Source: Verrucomicrobiota bacterium
GTDB taxonomy: Bacteria > Verrucomicrobiota > Verrucomicrobiia > Methylacidiphilales > JBCCWR01
DNA: 48,956 bases
Direction: 5' to 3'
Assembly: GCA_039193385.1 (NCBI GenBank)
Contig: JBCCWR010000004.1
Span: 1 to 48,956, forward strand
The notes beneath the pieces are model-generated. The model saw only the letters and a program-made list of their open reading frames with translations. It had not been told where the DNA came from and did no database searches. This document shows positions 8,833 to 20,016 of this stretch, piece after piece (the first letter of the stretch is position 1; every line of letters starts with the position of its first letter). The translations under genes were made by a program, and so were the position numbers.

Positions 8833-9462
8833 ATGATAGCTACTTTTTCTAGAGCATTAATATTAGCTGCCATATTCTCTTGTCTGACCGCGGGGCAGAT
8901 TCTGGCCAAAGATGTGATCGTTGATTTCAAGCCCGAGGCTATTGACTTAGTTGATAAGGCTGGTCGAGGGAGCAGTCTCAATGTTCTGAAAGAAGATTGG
9001 CTGGAAATTAAAGTAGAATTTGATCTAGATAGTGGTGCAGAACAGAAAATGGTCGAAGAGCTGACCTTTAAATTTTACATATGGGCTTATGATTTTCTTG
9101 GTGATGGTGGTGAGGAGCCAGTCACTCTTGTTGGAGAAACAACTTTTATTAATGTTCCAGATGAAAAAGATCATATTGTTTCAATGTATTTATCTCCATC
9201 TGCCCAGCATCGTTATGGCGGGCCAGATCACAAAAACTTGTTCAAAAAAGCAGGAGCTAAGAATAAGGAATTTAATATACATGTCGAAGCACTAGTAAGT
9301 GGCAATGTTGTTGGGGAAACTGATTTGATTAAAAAAGGTTTTGAAAAAGGTTGGTTTACAGGGGGCAAAAAGGTGGAAAATGTTTTGATTGAAGTTCAAG
9401 ATTCCCCTTTCTGGTCAGCAGATGCCATCAAATACAATCAAATCAAAAAATCTAGAAGATAA
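8833..9462 (+). CDS. Amuc_1102-family pilus-associated exported protein
   Basis: Signal peptide; WLEIKVEF..EELTFKFYI..GETTFINVP..SMYLSP..SPFW pattern; first gene before a PilM-like gene, as in the Akkermansia cluster. Confidence 0.7.
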   Translation: MIATFSRALILAAIFSCLTAGQILAKDVIVDFKPEAIDLVDKAGRGSSLNVLKEDWLEIKVEFDLDSGAEQKMVEELTFKFYIWAYDFLGDGGEEPVTLVGETTFINVPDEKDHIVSMYLSPSAQHRYGGPDHKNLFKKAGAKNKEFNIHVEALVSGNVVGETDLIKKGFEKGWFTGGKKVENVLIEVQDSPFWSADAIKYNQIKKSRR

Positions 9463-9490
9463 ATTAGGTTCTAAAATTAGGTGAGTTAAA

Positions 9491-11275
9491 GTGCCTGCAG
9501 GTAGAGTTTTAACAGCAGATTTAGGGTCAAGCTCACTCAAGCTGGCGGAGTTTCAGGTTGATAAATCTGGAAGCCTAAAATTATTGAACTACATCATTGA
9601 AGATCTAGGACTAGATCCCAATAAGGAGCAGGATAGAACTCCTTTTTTGTCAGCGGCTTTACAGAAGGGGATACAGAAAATAGGGGCCGGATCGGCCAAC
9701 ATAAATAGTTGTGTATCAGGCCATCTTGTATTTACGCGGTTCGTTAAACTGCCCCCGGTTCCTCAAGAACAACTGAATCAAATGATTGTTTTTGAAGCTC
9801 AGCAGAATGTTCCTTTTCCTATTGATGAAGTAGTTTGGGATTATCAGTTGCTTGGAGGTGCGGCCGGATTAGACACAGAAGCTCTCATTGTCGCTATGAA
9901 AGGAGATCTTGTTGAAGATCTTGGTAGTCTATTTGGAGCAATACGGCTTAAAAGTGGAGTCATTGATGTTGCTCCATTAACATTGATCAATGCCTTTAAG
10001 TATAATTATGCAGAGCATAGTGATTGCTCTTTAATCATCGATATTGGAGCTAAAAGTTCTAATTTGATTTTTGTTGATGAAGGACAGGTTTTTTGCCGAA
10101 CGGTTCCAATTGCCGGGCATCTCATCTCTCAAAATATATCAAATGAATTCCAAGAGCCATTCGCTGGTGCAGAAGTTCTTAAGAGAGGAAAAGGTTTTGT
10201 AGGTCTTGGTGGAGCTTACCAAGATCCGGATGATGCTATTGCAGCCAGGATATCTAAAATAGCCCGAAGTATATTTTCCAGGCTGCATGCTGAAGTGACA
10301 CGTTCAGTCACTTTTTATCGCAATCAACAGAATGGTAAACAACCTGCCCGCGTTTATTTAACAGGTGGTACGGCCATGATGCCTTATGCTGATTTATTTT
10401 TTAAAGATAAATTAAACCTGCCCATTGAATTTTTTAATCCTTTTAAAAATGTTGTAGTAGCGCCATCAGTTAATCAAAATTCTCTTAAAGCGGAGGGCAT
10501 GGCACTAGGAAGCATGGTGGGACTTGCACTGCGAGAAGTAGAAAATTGTCCTATAGAGGTCAAACTTGTTCCTCCTTCTGTGACTCTTAAAAAACAACAG
10601 TCCCAAAAAACACCTTACTTAGTAATGGCAAGTTTTATCTGGATTGCTTTTTTCGTATATGTTTGTGGGACTACTTATTTCAAGGCGGATAAAATTTCAT
10701 CAGAAGCACAACAGCTTCGAAGAGAATCTCAGGAAAAAAATCAATATCGTGCTGAAATAGATAAAGTTAAAACGGCTTATGATCTTGCTAAATTAAAAGC
10801 AGATTCCGTTTTAAAAATGACCCAACAACGAAATTTCTGGGTTGATACCATTGATTCTATTCATCAGTCAGTATCACCTGGTTTATGGATAACAAAAATC
10901 GATTTGATGTATGATGCAGAACACGTTGAAATCGTGCCCAAAGAAGATGAAGCAAAGAACGAAGAAAAAAATCCTCGAGACAGGTTCTCTGCGAGAAAGT
11001 CTGCTAACCGCAAGTCAGCTCAAGTTGAAGAGACTAAACAAACTTTGAATCTTGCACCTGAAGGAAAGTGGCTCAGTATTCGTGGTCTTTACGAACAAAG
11101 TCAAAGTCCAGAAATTGTAAATAATTTTGCAGACCGTTTGGGTAGTACGGAATTATTTGATCAGGAGAATGTAGAAATTTTACAACGGGAAAATCCTGAC
11201 AAAGACAAGATCGCACTCGAATTTTATATCAAAGCGCCTTTTGCAGAATTAACCAGGGTAAATCTTAAACCATGA
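9491..11275 (+). CDS. pilM: PilM-like actin-fold pilus assembly protein with C-terminal TM / PilN-like extension (Amuc_1101 family)
   Basis: DLGSSSLK, FTRFVKLP, FEAQQNVPFPIDEVVWDY, IDIGAKSS, YLTGG, FFNPF; TM at about aa 377-397 followed by a coiled coil and W..I..LWIT. Confidence 0.88.
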   Translation: MPAGRVLTADLGSSSLKLAEFQVDKSGSLKLLNYIIEDLGLDPNKEQDRTPFLSAALQKGIQKIGAGSANINSCVSGHLVFTRFVKLPPVPQEQLNQMIVFEAQQNVPFPIDEVVWDYQLLGGAAGLDTEALIVAMKGDLVEDLGSLFGAIRLKSGVIDVAPLTLINAFKYNYAEHSDCSLIIDIGAKSSNLIFVDEGQVFCRTVPIAGHLISQNISNEFQEPFAGAEVLKRGKGFVGLGGAYQDPDDAIAARISKIARSIFSRLHAEVTRSVTFYRNQQNGKQPARVYLTGGTAMMPYADLFFKDKLNLPIEFFNPFKNVVVAPSVNQNSLKAEGMALGSMVGLALREVENCPIEVKLVPPSVTLKKQQSQKTPYLVMASFIWIAFFVYVCGTTYFKADKISSEAQQLRRESQEKNQYRAEIDKVKTAYDLAKLKADSVLKMTQQRNFWVDTIDSIHQSVSPGLWITKIDLMYDAEHVEIVPKEDEAKNEEKNPRDRFSARKSANRKSAQVEETKQTLNLAPEGKWLSIRGLYEQSQSPEIVNNFADRLGSTELFDQENVEILQRENPDKDKIALEFYIKAPFAELTRVNLKP

Positions 11276-12243
11276 ATGACTTGCCCAAAAACATACAGAT
11301 TTTCCTGGTTTTTATGGTTGTGTTTACGCTTGCAGGTGGAGCGGGAATATTTTTTTCTCGGAAAAAACTTTCTGATGCTAATGCCGCCAAAGCAAAAATG
11401 TTGAGTCAGATACGACGTGTAGAGCTACAGGGTTTATATCCGAATCAAAAAAATCTGGAAGATTTACAAGCCAATCTAAAAGAGGCTGATGAATTAAACA
11501 GTATATTGATACCGGAAGTTAATCAGACCACCCAACCATTCGAAAAAATTGGCCATCAAGCAGATAAGGGAATGCATCCCGATGCATGGAAAAAATTTCT
11601 ATTTGAAGAAAGAGATCGATTAGATTCTCTAGCTAAAGAAAATAAAGTCACACTCGGAGATGAATACTTCTATGGTTTTGGTCGTTATAAACTGGTAAGT
11701 CCGAATCCTAAATATACGCTGCAACTTGGGTATCAGTTAGTTGGAGCATTAACCCTTTCAGAAATCCTGTTCAAAGCACAAATTAATGAAATAGTTTCTC
11801 TAAAAAGAACTATGGTGGAAGACGAGAAGAAAGGTGATAAGAAAAAGAAATTCGCCGTCGGAGGCTCAGAAGCTCTCAATGCAGATATTTTAGAAGGTGG
11901 AAAGGGACTCTATAAAATCTATCCCTTTGAAGTGGAGTTCTTTTCAACGCCTGAATCATTAAGAATGGCTTTAAATGATATTGTAAAATCCAATCCGCTT
12001 TTTGTCATACGCTTTATTAGCCTTGAGAATGAGAAGTTAAATTTACCGCTCAGAACTGAAGTAACGAATACTTCCATAGAAGAGCAAATGGCCAAGCTCT
12101 ACGTTATTATTTCTGGAAAAGAGCGTCTTAAAGTACGCATGCGTCTGGATATGGTTCTGTGGTTAGGTGAGAAAGGTATTGCCGAGAAAGAGCAACAACT
12201 CGAAGCCGCCTCCCAAAATAGTGACAGGAGGGTGCGTAGATGA
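11272..12243 (+). CDS. Amuc_1100-family (PilO-like) pilus-associated protein
   Basis: N-terminal TM, coiled coil, FYGFGRY, YPFEVEF..PESLR..LN..LFVIRFISLEN; ATGA overlaps with both neighbours. Confidence 0.72.
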   Translation: MNDLPKNIQIFLVFMVVFTLAGGAGIFFSRKKLSDANAAKAKMLSQIRRVELQGLYPNQKNLEDLQANLKEADELNSILIPEVNQTTQPFEKIGHQADKGMHPDAWKKFLFEERDRLDSLAKENKVTLGDEYFYGFGRYKLVSPNPKYTLQLGYQLVGALTLSEILFKAQINEIVSLKRTMVEDEKKGDKKKKFAVGGSEALNADILEGGKGLYKIYPFEVEFFSTPESLRMALNDIVKSNPLFVIRFISLENEKLNLPLRTEVTNTSIEEQMAKLYVIISGKERLKVRMRLDMVLWLGEKGIAEKEQQLEAASQNSDRRVRR

Positions 12244-13214
12244 GTAAGAAGAAAGCCATGCCTGAGCAATGGGCACTTACAATAGTAGGTTTTATAATAG
12301 CCCTGGTTCTTGTTGTTATATCTTTTCTTCCATACGAACAAAAGACAGGCAATAGCTTTGCTGGACCTGAGCCTGTTGACCCATGGCCTGAAGAGCAATA
12401 CGCATCCCTTGTAAATGATTGGGCAACTTACCCGCAAATGGAAGAACTGAAACATGAAGTTTTTCGATCTCGATACATTGGCTGGGCTCCTGCTAATAAC
12501 AAGATTGAGCCGATTCTTCCGGAAACAATTGGTCCAGATAAAATTCAAATTGAGTGGAAAATTGCTTATAATCTTTCTCTTGAAGATTCCGAAGTAAAGA
12601 ATCAGGATGCGGATAATGACGGTTTCACAAATGGTGAGGAGTATGCTAACAAAACAAACCCACGTGATCCCGTGGATAGGCCTTCGCCTCTTTACAAAGT
12701 GGAAATTACAAATTATGAATATGTCCGGTTTAGAATGATTTTTAAGGATTATTCACAAGATCAATCAGGTAAATATACATTTCAGATCAACCTGCTTGAT
12801 GCTCAAAAGAATAAATCACGTCTTTTGAAACTGGGGGATAAAATCGAAGATTATGTGATTCAAGATTTTAGGAAGAAAGTTGTGGAAAAACTTAATCCTG
12901 CGACAGGTATAGTCGACAAATATGACAGTTCTGAGTTGGATTTACTTGATGAGAGAATCGATGAAATTCTTACCCTTGTCAAAGGCACAGAAAGAGAGTC
13001 GAACGAAAGTTGGGTTGAATTAAAAGTGAATGTACCAAATATGGAAATTATCCCGTCAAGGCTCAATCGAGGTAAACTATTTACTTTAGATGGGGAGGAA
13101 TATAAGCTTGTTTCTCCGGGTAGTAATGAAGCATCACAGCGTAAAGTAATGATTTTGCCTGTTTCTGGCGGCGATAAAATTGAGCTGCCAATGACTTTAC
13201 CTGATATTCAATAA
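12240..13214 (+). CDS. Amuc_1099-family pilus-associated protein
   Basis: N-terminal TM; DADNDGFTNGEEY..TNPRDP (TSP3-like Ca-binding motif); FQIN; located just before the secretin. Confidence 0.7.
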   Translation: MSKKKAMPEQWALTIVGFIIALVLVVISFLPYEQKTGNSFAGPEPVDPWPEEQYASLVNDWATYPQMEELKHEVFRSRYIGWAPANNKIEPILPETIGPDKIQIEWKIAYNLSLEDSEVKNQDADNDGFTNGEEYANKTNPRDPVDRPSPLYKVEITNYEYVRFRMIFKDYSQDQSGKYTFQINLLDAQKNKSRLLKLGDKIEDYVIQDFRKKVVEKLNPATGIVDKYDSSELDLLDERIDEILTLVKGTERESNESWVELKVNVPNMEIIPSRLNRGKLFTLDGEEYKLVSPGSNEASQRKVMILPVSGGDKIELPMTLPDIQ

Positions 13215-13309
13215 CATGAACTAAGAGAGTGAGTGAAATTATCTTGACCCTAAAACGTTTTTACCTAAAACTAAATAAAAATCCTTATAAGCCTAATAGG
13301 ACAATTGTG

Positions 13310-15772
13310 ATGAAATGGAGCATATTAAAAAAAACCCTGATATTTGGCCTTAGCATCTACTTGTCTGTTTCCACGGTTTGGAGTCAAGACAACCTTACAG
13401 CAGCTGTTGAGATGGAGGCAGTGAACCGAATGGAGCGCATGCTGCTTCTACAACAGACTGTTGATGAAGGACAGAAATTACTTGCTGCGGGTGATGTCAG
13501 TGGAGCAGAGCGTAGATTTGATAGTGCTCTAGAAAATTCTATGCCTACTGGGCCTACGGCAGAGATTCATGCACAAGCCAAAAAGCTCAAGGGACAAGTT
13601 TTGGCTTCTGAAGCTAAAGAAGCTCAAGTTAATGAAAATATAGACCAAGCCATTCAAAAGTGGGAGGAAGCATTAAAGCTTGATCCCAACAATGCTGAAT
13701 ATGTCGTTGAGTTGAAGAAAGTTAGACAATCTTCAAGCTATCTTGAAAAAAGATACCCAGGAAATAAAGCTGTCTCACAAGATCTGGTGGATAGGATTAA
13801 TGGGATAAGACAGCTGCTCTATGAAGGAGATCGTTTTGTGGAAACAGGTCAATATGACCGTGCCAGAGGTAGGTACAATTCGGTCCTTGATATTGATCCT
13901 TATAATAGGGCTGCTTTAAAGAAAATGGGGAGACTAGAGGATATTATCTCAGAATCTGCCAGAAAAAGATTCGAGGCTAGAAGAGCTAAGGCTTTACAGG
14001 AAGTAACAGCTGGCTGGTCAGACAAAGTAAAACCTTCGAGTGAGCAGCAAGGTGAAGTTAACGTAATCTCTTTTGAGCCCGTCATTGGTTTCGATATTAT
14101 GGAGAAACTGGAGAGTATCCGTATTCCAGAGTTAAATTTTACAGATGTTGATGTAGCTGATGCTATTAATTTCCTAATTGACCAGAGTAGGCAGCTTGAT
14201 CCGGATGGTGAAGGTGTGAATATAGTTTTATTGGCTCAAGATGTTGTATCTTCTCTATCACCAGATGCCGAAACGGCTGTAAATCAAAACCCTCTGGAGA
14301 CAGTAACACTTAGTCTAAGAGATGTTCCACTTATTCAGGTAATTGAATACGTTACGTCGCTTACTAATTTGCAATTTAAAATTGAGGACTATGCGGTCTT
14401 TATTTTACCAACGACGATGTCGAGTGAAGTTATGCAAGTTAGAAGCTTTGCTGTGCCTCCTACTTTCTTTCCATCAGGTTTACAGACAAACTCAGACACC
14501 AGTAGTGCTGTTTTAACTCGAACAGTATCAGTCGCTTCTATTGATGTTAAGAAGCAGTTAGAAGATAGAGGCATTAAATTCGATGGAGACGCTACTGCAT
14601 CTTATCTTCCGAAGTCAGCAAAACTTGTTGTTCGTAATACGCTAGAGCAGCTCAATTTGGTCGATCAATTAATTTCTAGAGAAATTGAAATACCAACACA
14701 GATTGATATAGGCGCAAAATTTATAGAATTTGATGAAGATAAATTAAAAGATTTCTCATTTACCTATCAGTTGGCTGGAGACACAAACTTGCCGGACCCT
14801 GCAACGTTATTTTTTAGTGATACGACTACCAATGATCCTTTGTCTTATATCCCGACAAGCACAGGAACGGCCCCAAATTTAACTATTAATAAACCAGCAG
14901 ATGCGAACTTCTATGTTGGCACTGGGGGAAGTCGGGGTGTACAAGGGTTGGAGGATGGAAATGATCTTGAAGCATTACTAGGCAAGACAATTGCCACAAG
15001 ATCTACCAACAGAATCTCTTTCGATGCTGTGGTTGATGGAACAGGAGTGAGAGCACTTATTAGTGCTATTGAAAGTAAATTGGGAGGTGATGTTATGGCA
15101 GCTCCCAGATTAACGCTCATTAGTGGCCAAAATTCGAAAATTCGTATTTCTCGAGAGCTGATTTATCCAGAAGAATATGAGGCTCCACAGCCCGTTGAGG
15201 ATGGTGGCGGCAACATCGGAGGAATTAGAAGTCAGCCTAGGATACCCGAACCAGGAGGTCCGCTTTCTTTTACTATGAGGGATGTTGGCGTTATACTTGA
15301 CGTAAAAGCCACAGCCACTCCAGACAGGCGTATTGACTTGGAATTAAAACCGGAAATCGTTGATTTTCAAGGTTTCATAAATTATGGCCAGGACTCTTCA
15401 TCAGCAAATTTTACAGCAGCTGATGGTGTTTTTCCGGATGAAGATGATGTTAATCCTAACAATCCGGATATTTTACTCGAGGGAGTAGCTCTGCAGCCGG
15501 TCTTTTCTAGGCGGTCTATTGACACGAAAGTTCAGGTTGTTGATGGCCAGACAGTCGTTATGGGAGGATTGATATCTGATAAAACTGAGGAAATTGAAGA
15601 TAGAGTCCCATTTCTGGGTGATCTTCCTTTCGTGGGTCGTTTATTCAGGTCAGAAGTTAAACGAAGTGTAAAAACAAACTTAATCATCATGGTTACAGCT
15701 CGTCTGGTAAAACCAGATGGAACACCGGAATATCTCACAGAGGCAGAAAAAAACTATTATGATATTAGATAA
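13310..15772 (+). CDS. Outer-membrane secretin with N-terminal TPRs (PilQ/GspD-like, Amuc_1098 family), copy 1
   Basis: Signal peptide from ATG 13310 (ORF track starts at GTG 13229); TPR segments; secretin motif DGQTVVMGGLI..VPFLGDLPFVGRLFRS. Confidence 0.9.
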   Translation: MKWSILKKTLIFGLSIYLSVSTVWSQDNLTAAVEMEAVNRMERMLLLQQTVDEGQKLLAAGDVSGAERRFDSALENSMPTGPTAEIHAQAKKLKGQVLASEAKEAQVNENIDQAIQKWEEALKLDPNNAEYVVELKKVRQSSSYLEKRYPGNKAVSQDLVDRINGIRQLLYEGDRFVETGQYDRARGRYNSVLDIDPYNRAALKKMGRLEDIISESARKRFEARRAKALQEVTAGWSDKVKPSSEQQGEVNVISFEPVIGFDIMEKLESIRIPELNFTDVDVADAINFLIDQSRQLDPDGEGVNIVLLAQDVVSSLSPDAETAVNQNPLETVTLSLRDVPLIQVIEYVTSLTNLQFKIEDYAVFILPTTMSSEVMQVRSFAVPPTFFPSGLQTNSDTSSAVLTRTVSVASIDVKKQLEDRGIKFDGDATASYLPKSAKLVVRNTLEQLNLVDQLISREIEIPTQIDIGAKFIEFDEDKLKDFSFTYQLAGDTNLPDPATLFFSDTTTNDPLSYIPTSTGTAPNLTINKPADANFYVGTGGSRGVQGLEDGNDLEALLGKTIATRSTNRISFDAVVDGTGVRALISAIESKLGGDVMAAPRLTLISGQNSKIRISRELIYPEEYEAPQPVEDGGGNIGGIRSQPRIPEPGGPLSFTMRDVGVILDVKATATPDRRIDLELKPEIVDFQGFINYGQDSSSANFTAADGVFPDEDDVNPNNPDILLEGVALQPVFSRRSIDTKVQVVDGQTVVMGGLISDKTEEIEDRVPFLGDLPFVGRLFRSEVKRSVKTNLIIMVTARLVKPDGTPEYLTEAEKNYYDIR

Positions 15773-15793
15773 TAAGACAATAGGTTTATTATT

Positions 15794-18202
15794 ATGAAAA
15801 TCTTACAATTTAGTGTTATTTCAGCGCTGCTGTCTGTCAGTAGTAGCCTGAGTTGTTATTCTCAGGATCAAGCATCCTCGATCTTGCAAAAAGAAACTAT
15901 CAGACGTCAAGAGCTCGTCCTGCGAGCAAATCAAACTCTAGCGGAAGCAGAAAAATTATTGTTGGCGAGTAAAGAGACGGAAGCCTCAAAGTTAATTGAA
16001 GGCGTGCTTAAATCTGTCCCAGATGCAGGAGAAGGAAAAGCAGTAGCGTCAAAAGCACGTAGGTTACTCTCTGCAATACAATTACAAGACGCATATGATA
16101 TGATGGAAAGTAAAGAATGGTATGCTGCTAAACGTTCTGTAGACAAAGCTTTAGAAATCGATCCCACTAATCCGGAAGCCTTACGCCTTAATGATAAACT
16201 GGTTGCACAATTAGGTTTGGATCAACAAGGAAGGCCTGCAAATCCAGCCTTAGATGAGCAATTCTACAAAAATTTCAATACAGTCAAAGATCTCTTGGCT
16301 AAGGCAAAAGATTTTTATGATACAGGTCAATTAGATGAGGCTGAGAAAATTTATCAGAGGATTTTAGCTATTGACCCTTATAACAAGGTAGCCAGTGAAA
16401 AATTAAAGCTGATAGCAAAAAATATTGATTTCACAAAAGAAATCCACCGTAAGAATAATCAAAAGGAAAGAATCAATCAGGTCAAAATGGCCTGGAGTGA
16501 AAGATTTGAAGTAGATGTACTGGATGAACTAGTTACAGAACAAAATACAACTACTAGTCTAACGCAAAATACGAGATTTGACATTAATCAAAAACTTAAT
16601 GGTATTATCATACCGGAATTAAATTTTCAGGGCGCATCTATAGAAGATGCAGTAGCTTTCTTAAATAAACAGACAAGAATCTTAGACAAAGAGGGTGAAG
16701 GTATTAGCTTCCTTTTGAAAAAAGGTGAGTCATCCGTTTCAGCACCCATCACCTTAAGACTTAAGAATACTCCAGTGATAGAAGCTCTTAGGTATATTAC
16801 AACACTTGCAGGTATGAAATCCAGAGTGGAACAGTTTGCTGTTTTCATTGTGCCGCTTACGGAGAGAGTGGACGTGCTTGTTACGAGAGATTTTGTGGTT
16901 AGGCCCTCATTCTTTGAAACTGCATCAGAGCTTGGTGAAGGTGATGACTCTAGTAGCAGTAGTAGAAGGCGTCGGACATCTATAAGTGCAAATACGACTG
17001 TAGCACTATCTGATGCAGATCGTGTTAAAGAGGTTCTTGAAGCTAAGGGCGTGGCATTTCCTGAAGGAGCTGCAGCTATCTATAATAAATCCAAGGGGGT
17101 TTTAAATGTAAAGAATACTCAAGACCAGATTGATCTCATTGAAGAATTAGTTATTGATGAGCAAGGCGATAATTTACTTGTTAAAGTAGATGCAAAATTT
17201 ATTGAAATCAATCAGACTGATCTGGAAGAGTTAACCTCGAATTTAAGTTTTTCAGGAGGAAACTATAGTGGTGTCTATTCAGGTACCACGTTTGGAACTG
17301 CTCAAGTAAGTTCCAACATGCTGGGCTCTGCTAATTTTAACGCTAATTCTATTGATTCCCAAATTAATGCTAGATCAGCTACTGATACTGTTGGAAATAA
17401 TGCGGAAAATGTACCAACGAATAGATTGGCTATCTACGGCGAAGTGGGAGGTAATAACTTCGAATGGCTTGTGGATTCCTTAGATCAAAAGGGGAGTGTA
17501 GATCTTATGACAGCTCCCTCTGTTGTTGTTAATGATGGGGCACAGGGTGAAGTAGCTATTGTTAGAGAATTTATTTATCCCACGGAATTTGAAACACCTC
17601 AGATTCAAAGATCGGGGACCTTAGCCGAACCTTTTGATTCTACTGGAGATGGTAATGAAGACTCTGCAAGGGTTTTCAGTTTGCCATCTACAGTTATACC
17701 ATCTTGGCCGATTGCTTTTGAGACGAGAGAATTGGGCGTTAAAATGACTGTTTACCCACGAGTTTCTCCTGATAGAAAAAGAGTGCTTTTAGATATTAAG
17801 CCAGATGTTGTGGAATTTGACGGTTTTATTAATTACGGAGCAAGAATTAGTGATGTAAATGTTATTGTAGCAGCGAATGAATATTCGGGAGCTTTAGCTA
17901 ACGAGAATATAGTCAACCAGCCGGTTTTTTCAGTAAGAGCAGTGGAAGAGGCAAGATTAGTTATAGAGGATGGTCAGACAATGGTCCTTGGCGGTTTAAT
18001 CAACGAGAACATAGACATCGTCGAAGAAAAAGTTCCTATTCTTGGAGATCTTCCATTGATAGGTAGAGCCTTTAGAAGTGAAGCTGAAAGATCAGTCAAA
18101 ATGAATCTCATGATTTTGATTACGGTTAATATTCTTCGTCCAGATGGACAACCTTATAACTTTGCTTCACAGCAGGCAGCTCCGAGTACTGCGGGACTGT
18201 AA
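15794..18202 (+). CDS. Outer-membrane secretin with N-terminal TPRs (PilQ/GspD-like, Amuc_1098 family), copy 2
   Basis: Signal peptide, TPRs, DGQTMVLGGLI..VPILGDLPLIGRAFRS. Confidence 0.9.
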   Translation: MKILQFSVISALLSVSSSLSCYSQDQASSILQKETIRRQELVLRANQTLAEAEKLLLASKETEASKLIEGVLKSVPDAGEGKAVASKARRLLSAIQLQDAYDMMESKEWYAAKRSVDKALEIDPTNPEALRLNDKLVAQLGLDQQGRPANPALDEQFYKNFNTVKDLLAKAKDFYDTGQLDEAEKIYQRILAIDPYNKVASEKLKLIAKNIDFTKEIHRKNNQKERINQVKMAWSERFEVDVLDELVTEQNTTTSLTQNTRFDINQKLNGIIIPELNFQGASIEDAVAFLNKQTRILDKEGEGISFLLKKGESSVSAPITLRLKNTPVIEALRYITTLAGMKSRVEQFAVFIVPLTERVDVLVTRDFVVRPSFFETASELGEGDDSSSSSRRRRTSISANTTVALSDADRVKEVLEAKGVAFPEGAAAIYNKSKGVLNVKNTQDQIDLIEELVIDEQGDNLLVKVDAKFIEINQTDLEELTSNLSFSGGNYSGVYSGTTFGTAQVSSNMLGSANFNANSIDSQINARSATDTVGNNAENVPTNRLAIYGEVGGNNFEWLVDSLDQKGSVDLMTAPSVVVNDGAQGEVAIVREFIYPTEFETPQIQRSGTLAEPFDSTGDGNEDSARVFSLPSTVIPSWPIAFETRELGVKMTVYPRVSPDRKRVLLDIKPDVVEFDGFINYGARISDVNVIVAANEYSGALANENIVNQPVFSVRAVEEARLVIEDGQTMVLGGLINENIDIVEEKVPILGDLPLIGRAFRSEAERSVKMNLMILITVNILRPDGQPYNFASQQAAPSTAGL

Positions 18203-18302
18203 AAACCGTTATTAGACCGCTGCCTGACTCATATTAAGAGGAATAGATAAACTGTATCCTTGCTTCTTTACAAATATGCTCCTGCATTTAGCTTAAATTT
18301 TC

Positions 18303-19454
18303 ATGTCTGGATTTCTAGCTCTTGAGGATGGTTCAATATTTAGAGGAGAGTCGTTTGGCTTTGACTCGACGGTTGCTGCAGAAATCTGCTTTAACACATC
18401 ACTTACAGGTTATCAGGAAATGCTAACCGATCCCTCTTACAAGGGACAAATTCTCACATTAACCTATCCTGAGATTGGTAATTATGGAGTTAACGAACAA
18501 GATGTGGAGTCTTACTGTCCTCATGTAAATGGCCTGATTATTCGTGAATTATCTCCTGTAGCAAGTAATTGGAGATGTCAAGAAACGTTGCAGTCCTATC
18601 TATTGCGCTATAAAATTCCCGCATTAAAGGGTGTTGATACACGTGCGTTAACCAAGAAACTTCGTCAGCATGGAGCTATGAAAGGCGTATTAAGCAGTCA
18701 GGATCTAAGTGAAGATGAAGCCGTTTGTATGGCCAAAGATTGGCATGGGCTTGAGGGTATTGATTATGTCAAGGAAGTTACTTCACAGAAAATTTATAAC
18801 TGGCATGAGAAAGAAATTTGCAATGAAGAGTGGCTAGATGACTACCGCCTTAAAACTTTAAAGATTGATAATGCACTGCCTCCGATAAAGTACAAGATCG
18901 TGGCTTATGATTTTGGGATTAAATATAATATTTTACGCTGTCTGCGTCAGAATGGTTTTGACGTAACCGTTGTCCCTGCATCGACAACAGCTGAGGAAGT
19001 GTTGGCAATCAACCCCGATGGCATTTTTCTGTCAAATGGCCCCGGTGATCCTGCTGCTGTAACCTATGCGCATGAAGCTGTAAGAAGTTTAATTGGTAAA
19101 AAACCGATTTTTGGTATTTGTATGGGTAATCAGATTTTGGCGCATGCGCTTGGGGGCAAAACAACTAAGCTTAAGTTTGGGCACCGTGGAGGAAATCAAC
19201 CAGTAAAAGATTTAGCCACAAATCGTGTGGTTATTACGTCGCAAAATCATGGATTTGCTGTAGACGGAGACTCCTTTGATGAAGTTGGAGTTGAAGTTAG
19301 CCATATCAATTTAAATGATGGAACGTGTGAGGGGCTTCAGCATAAGGAATTGCCGGTCTTTTCTGTTCAGTATCATCCTGAGGCTTCTCCAGGACCGCAT
19401 GACGCCAACTACCTTTTTAAGAAATTCTCCAAAGTCATTGAAGATTTTACGTAA
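18303..19454 (+). CDS. carA: Carbamoyl-phosphate synthase small subunit
   Basis: [30 protein letters not shown] (catalytic Cys), [12 protein letters not shown]. Confidence 0.98.
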   Translation: MSGFLALEDGSIFRGESFGFDSTVAAEICFNTSLTGYQEMLTDPSYKGQILTLTYPEIGNYGVNEQDVESYCPHVNGLIIRELSPVASNWRCQETLQSYLLRYKIPALKGVDTRALTKKLRQHGAMKGVLSSQDLSEDEAVCMAKDWHGLEGIDYVKEVTSQKIYNWHEKEICNEEWLDDYRLKTLKIDNALPPIKYKIVAYDFGIKYNILRCLRQNGFDVTVVPASTTAEEVLAINPDGIFLSNGPGDPAAVTYAHEAVRSLIGKKPIFGICMGNQILAHALGGKTTKLKFGHRGGNQPVKDLATNRVVITSQNHGFAVDGDSFDEVGVEVSHINLNDGTCEGLQHKELPVFSVQYHPEASPGPHDANYLFKKFSKVIEDFT

Positions 19455-19474
19455 TTAGTGTAATTATTAGTTAT

Positions 19475-19969
19475 ATGCCACGTTTGATTCTGCAAACACA
19501 TGAATTTGCCGGCCAAACTTTCGAGTTAAATGATCCTAAAATTTCCATAGGACGTACGCCGGATAATCAAATTGATATTGCTGATGCCAGTATATCAAGT
19601 TATCACGGAGAGCTGAGATTGGAGGGTGGCGACTACAAATTAGTAGATTTTAACTCTACCAATGGAACTCGTATCAACGATGAACGTATTTCGGAAGCGA
19701 TATTAAGAAATAATGATATTGTCATGCTGGGAAATGTCATGATTCGTTATGAATCTGAAAATGTGCTTTCTGCGCCTCCTGCCCCTGAGCAACAAACAGC
19801 ATCCCCTCCTGTAGGAGTAGCTTCAACTCGCCCAGTCAGTTTTCGTAATTTGGCACCTTTCCCTAAAAAAACTGATGATAAAACAGGTGTGCCGCCTGCG
19901 TTGGTTTTTTCGATTATTCTGATGCTTGGAGCACTCGGTTGGTGTTCTTATAAGTTATTTATTGCATAG
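19475..19969 (+). CDS. FHA-domain protein with Pro-rich linker and C-terminal TM
   Basis: IGR..D.SISSYH..NSTNGT FHA motifs; hydrophobic C-terminus. Confidence 0.9.
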   Translation: MPRLILQTHEFAGQTFELNDPKISIGRTPDNQIDIADASISSYHGELRLEGGDYKLVDFNSTNGTRINDERISEAILRNNDIVMLGNVMIRYESENVLSAPPAPEQQTASPPVGVASTRPVSFRNLAPFPKKTDDKTGVPPALVFSIILMLGALGWCSYKLFIA

Positions 19970-20016
19970 TAAATTAAAGATAAATCGAGCGACTGCTATT
20001 TTTATTAATAATACAA

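Noticed and set aside
18303-19454. carA without an adjacent carB
   Set aside because: Split carA and carB is common in bacteria, and the catalytic motifs are intact.
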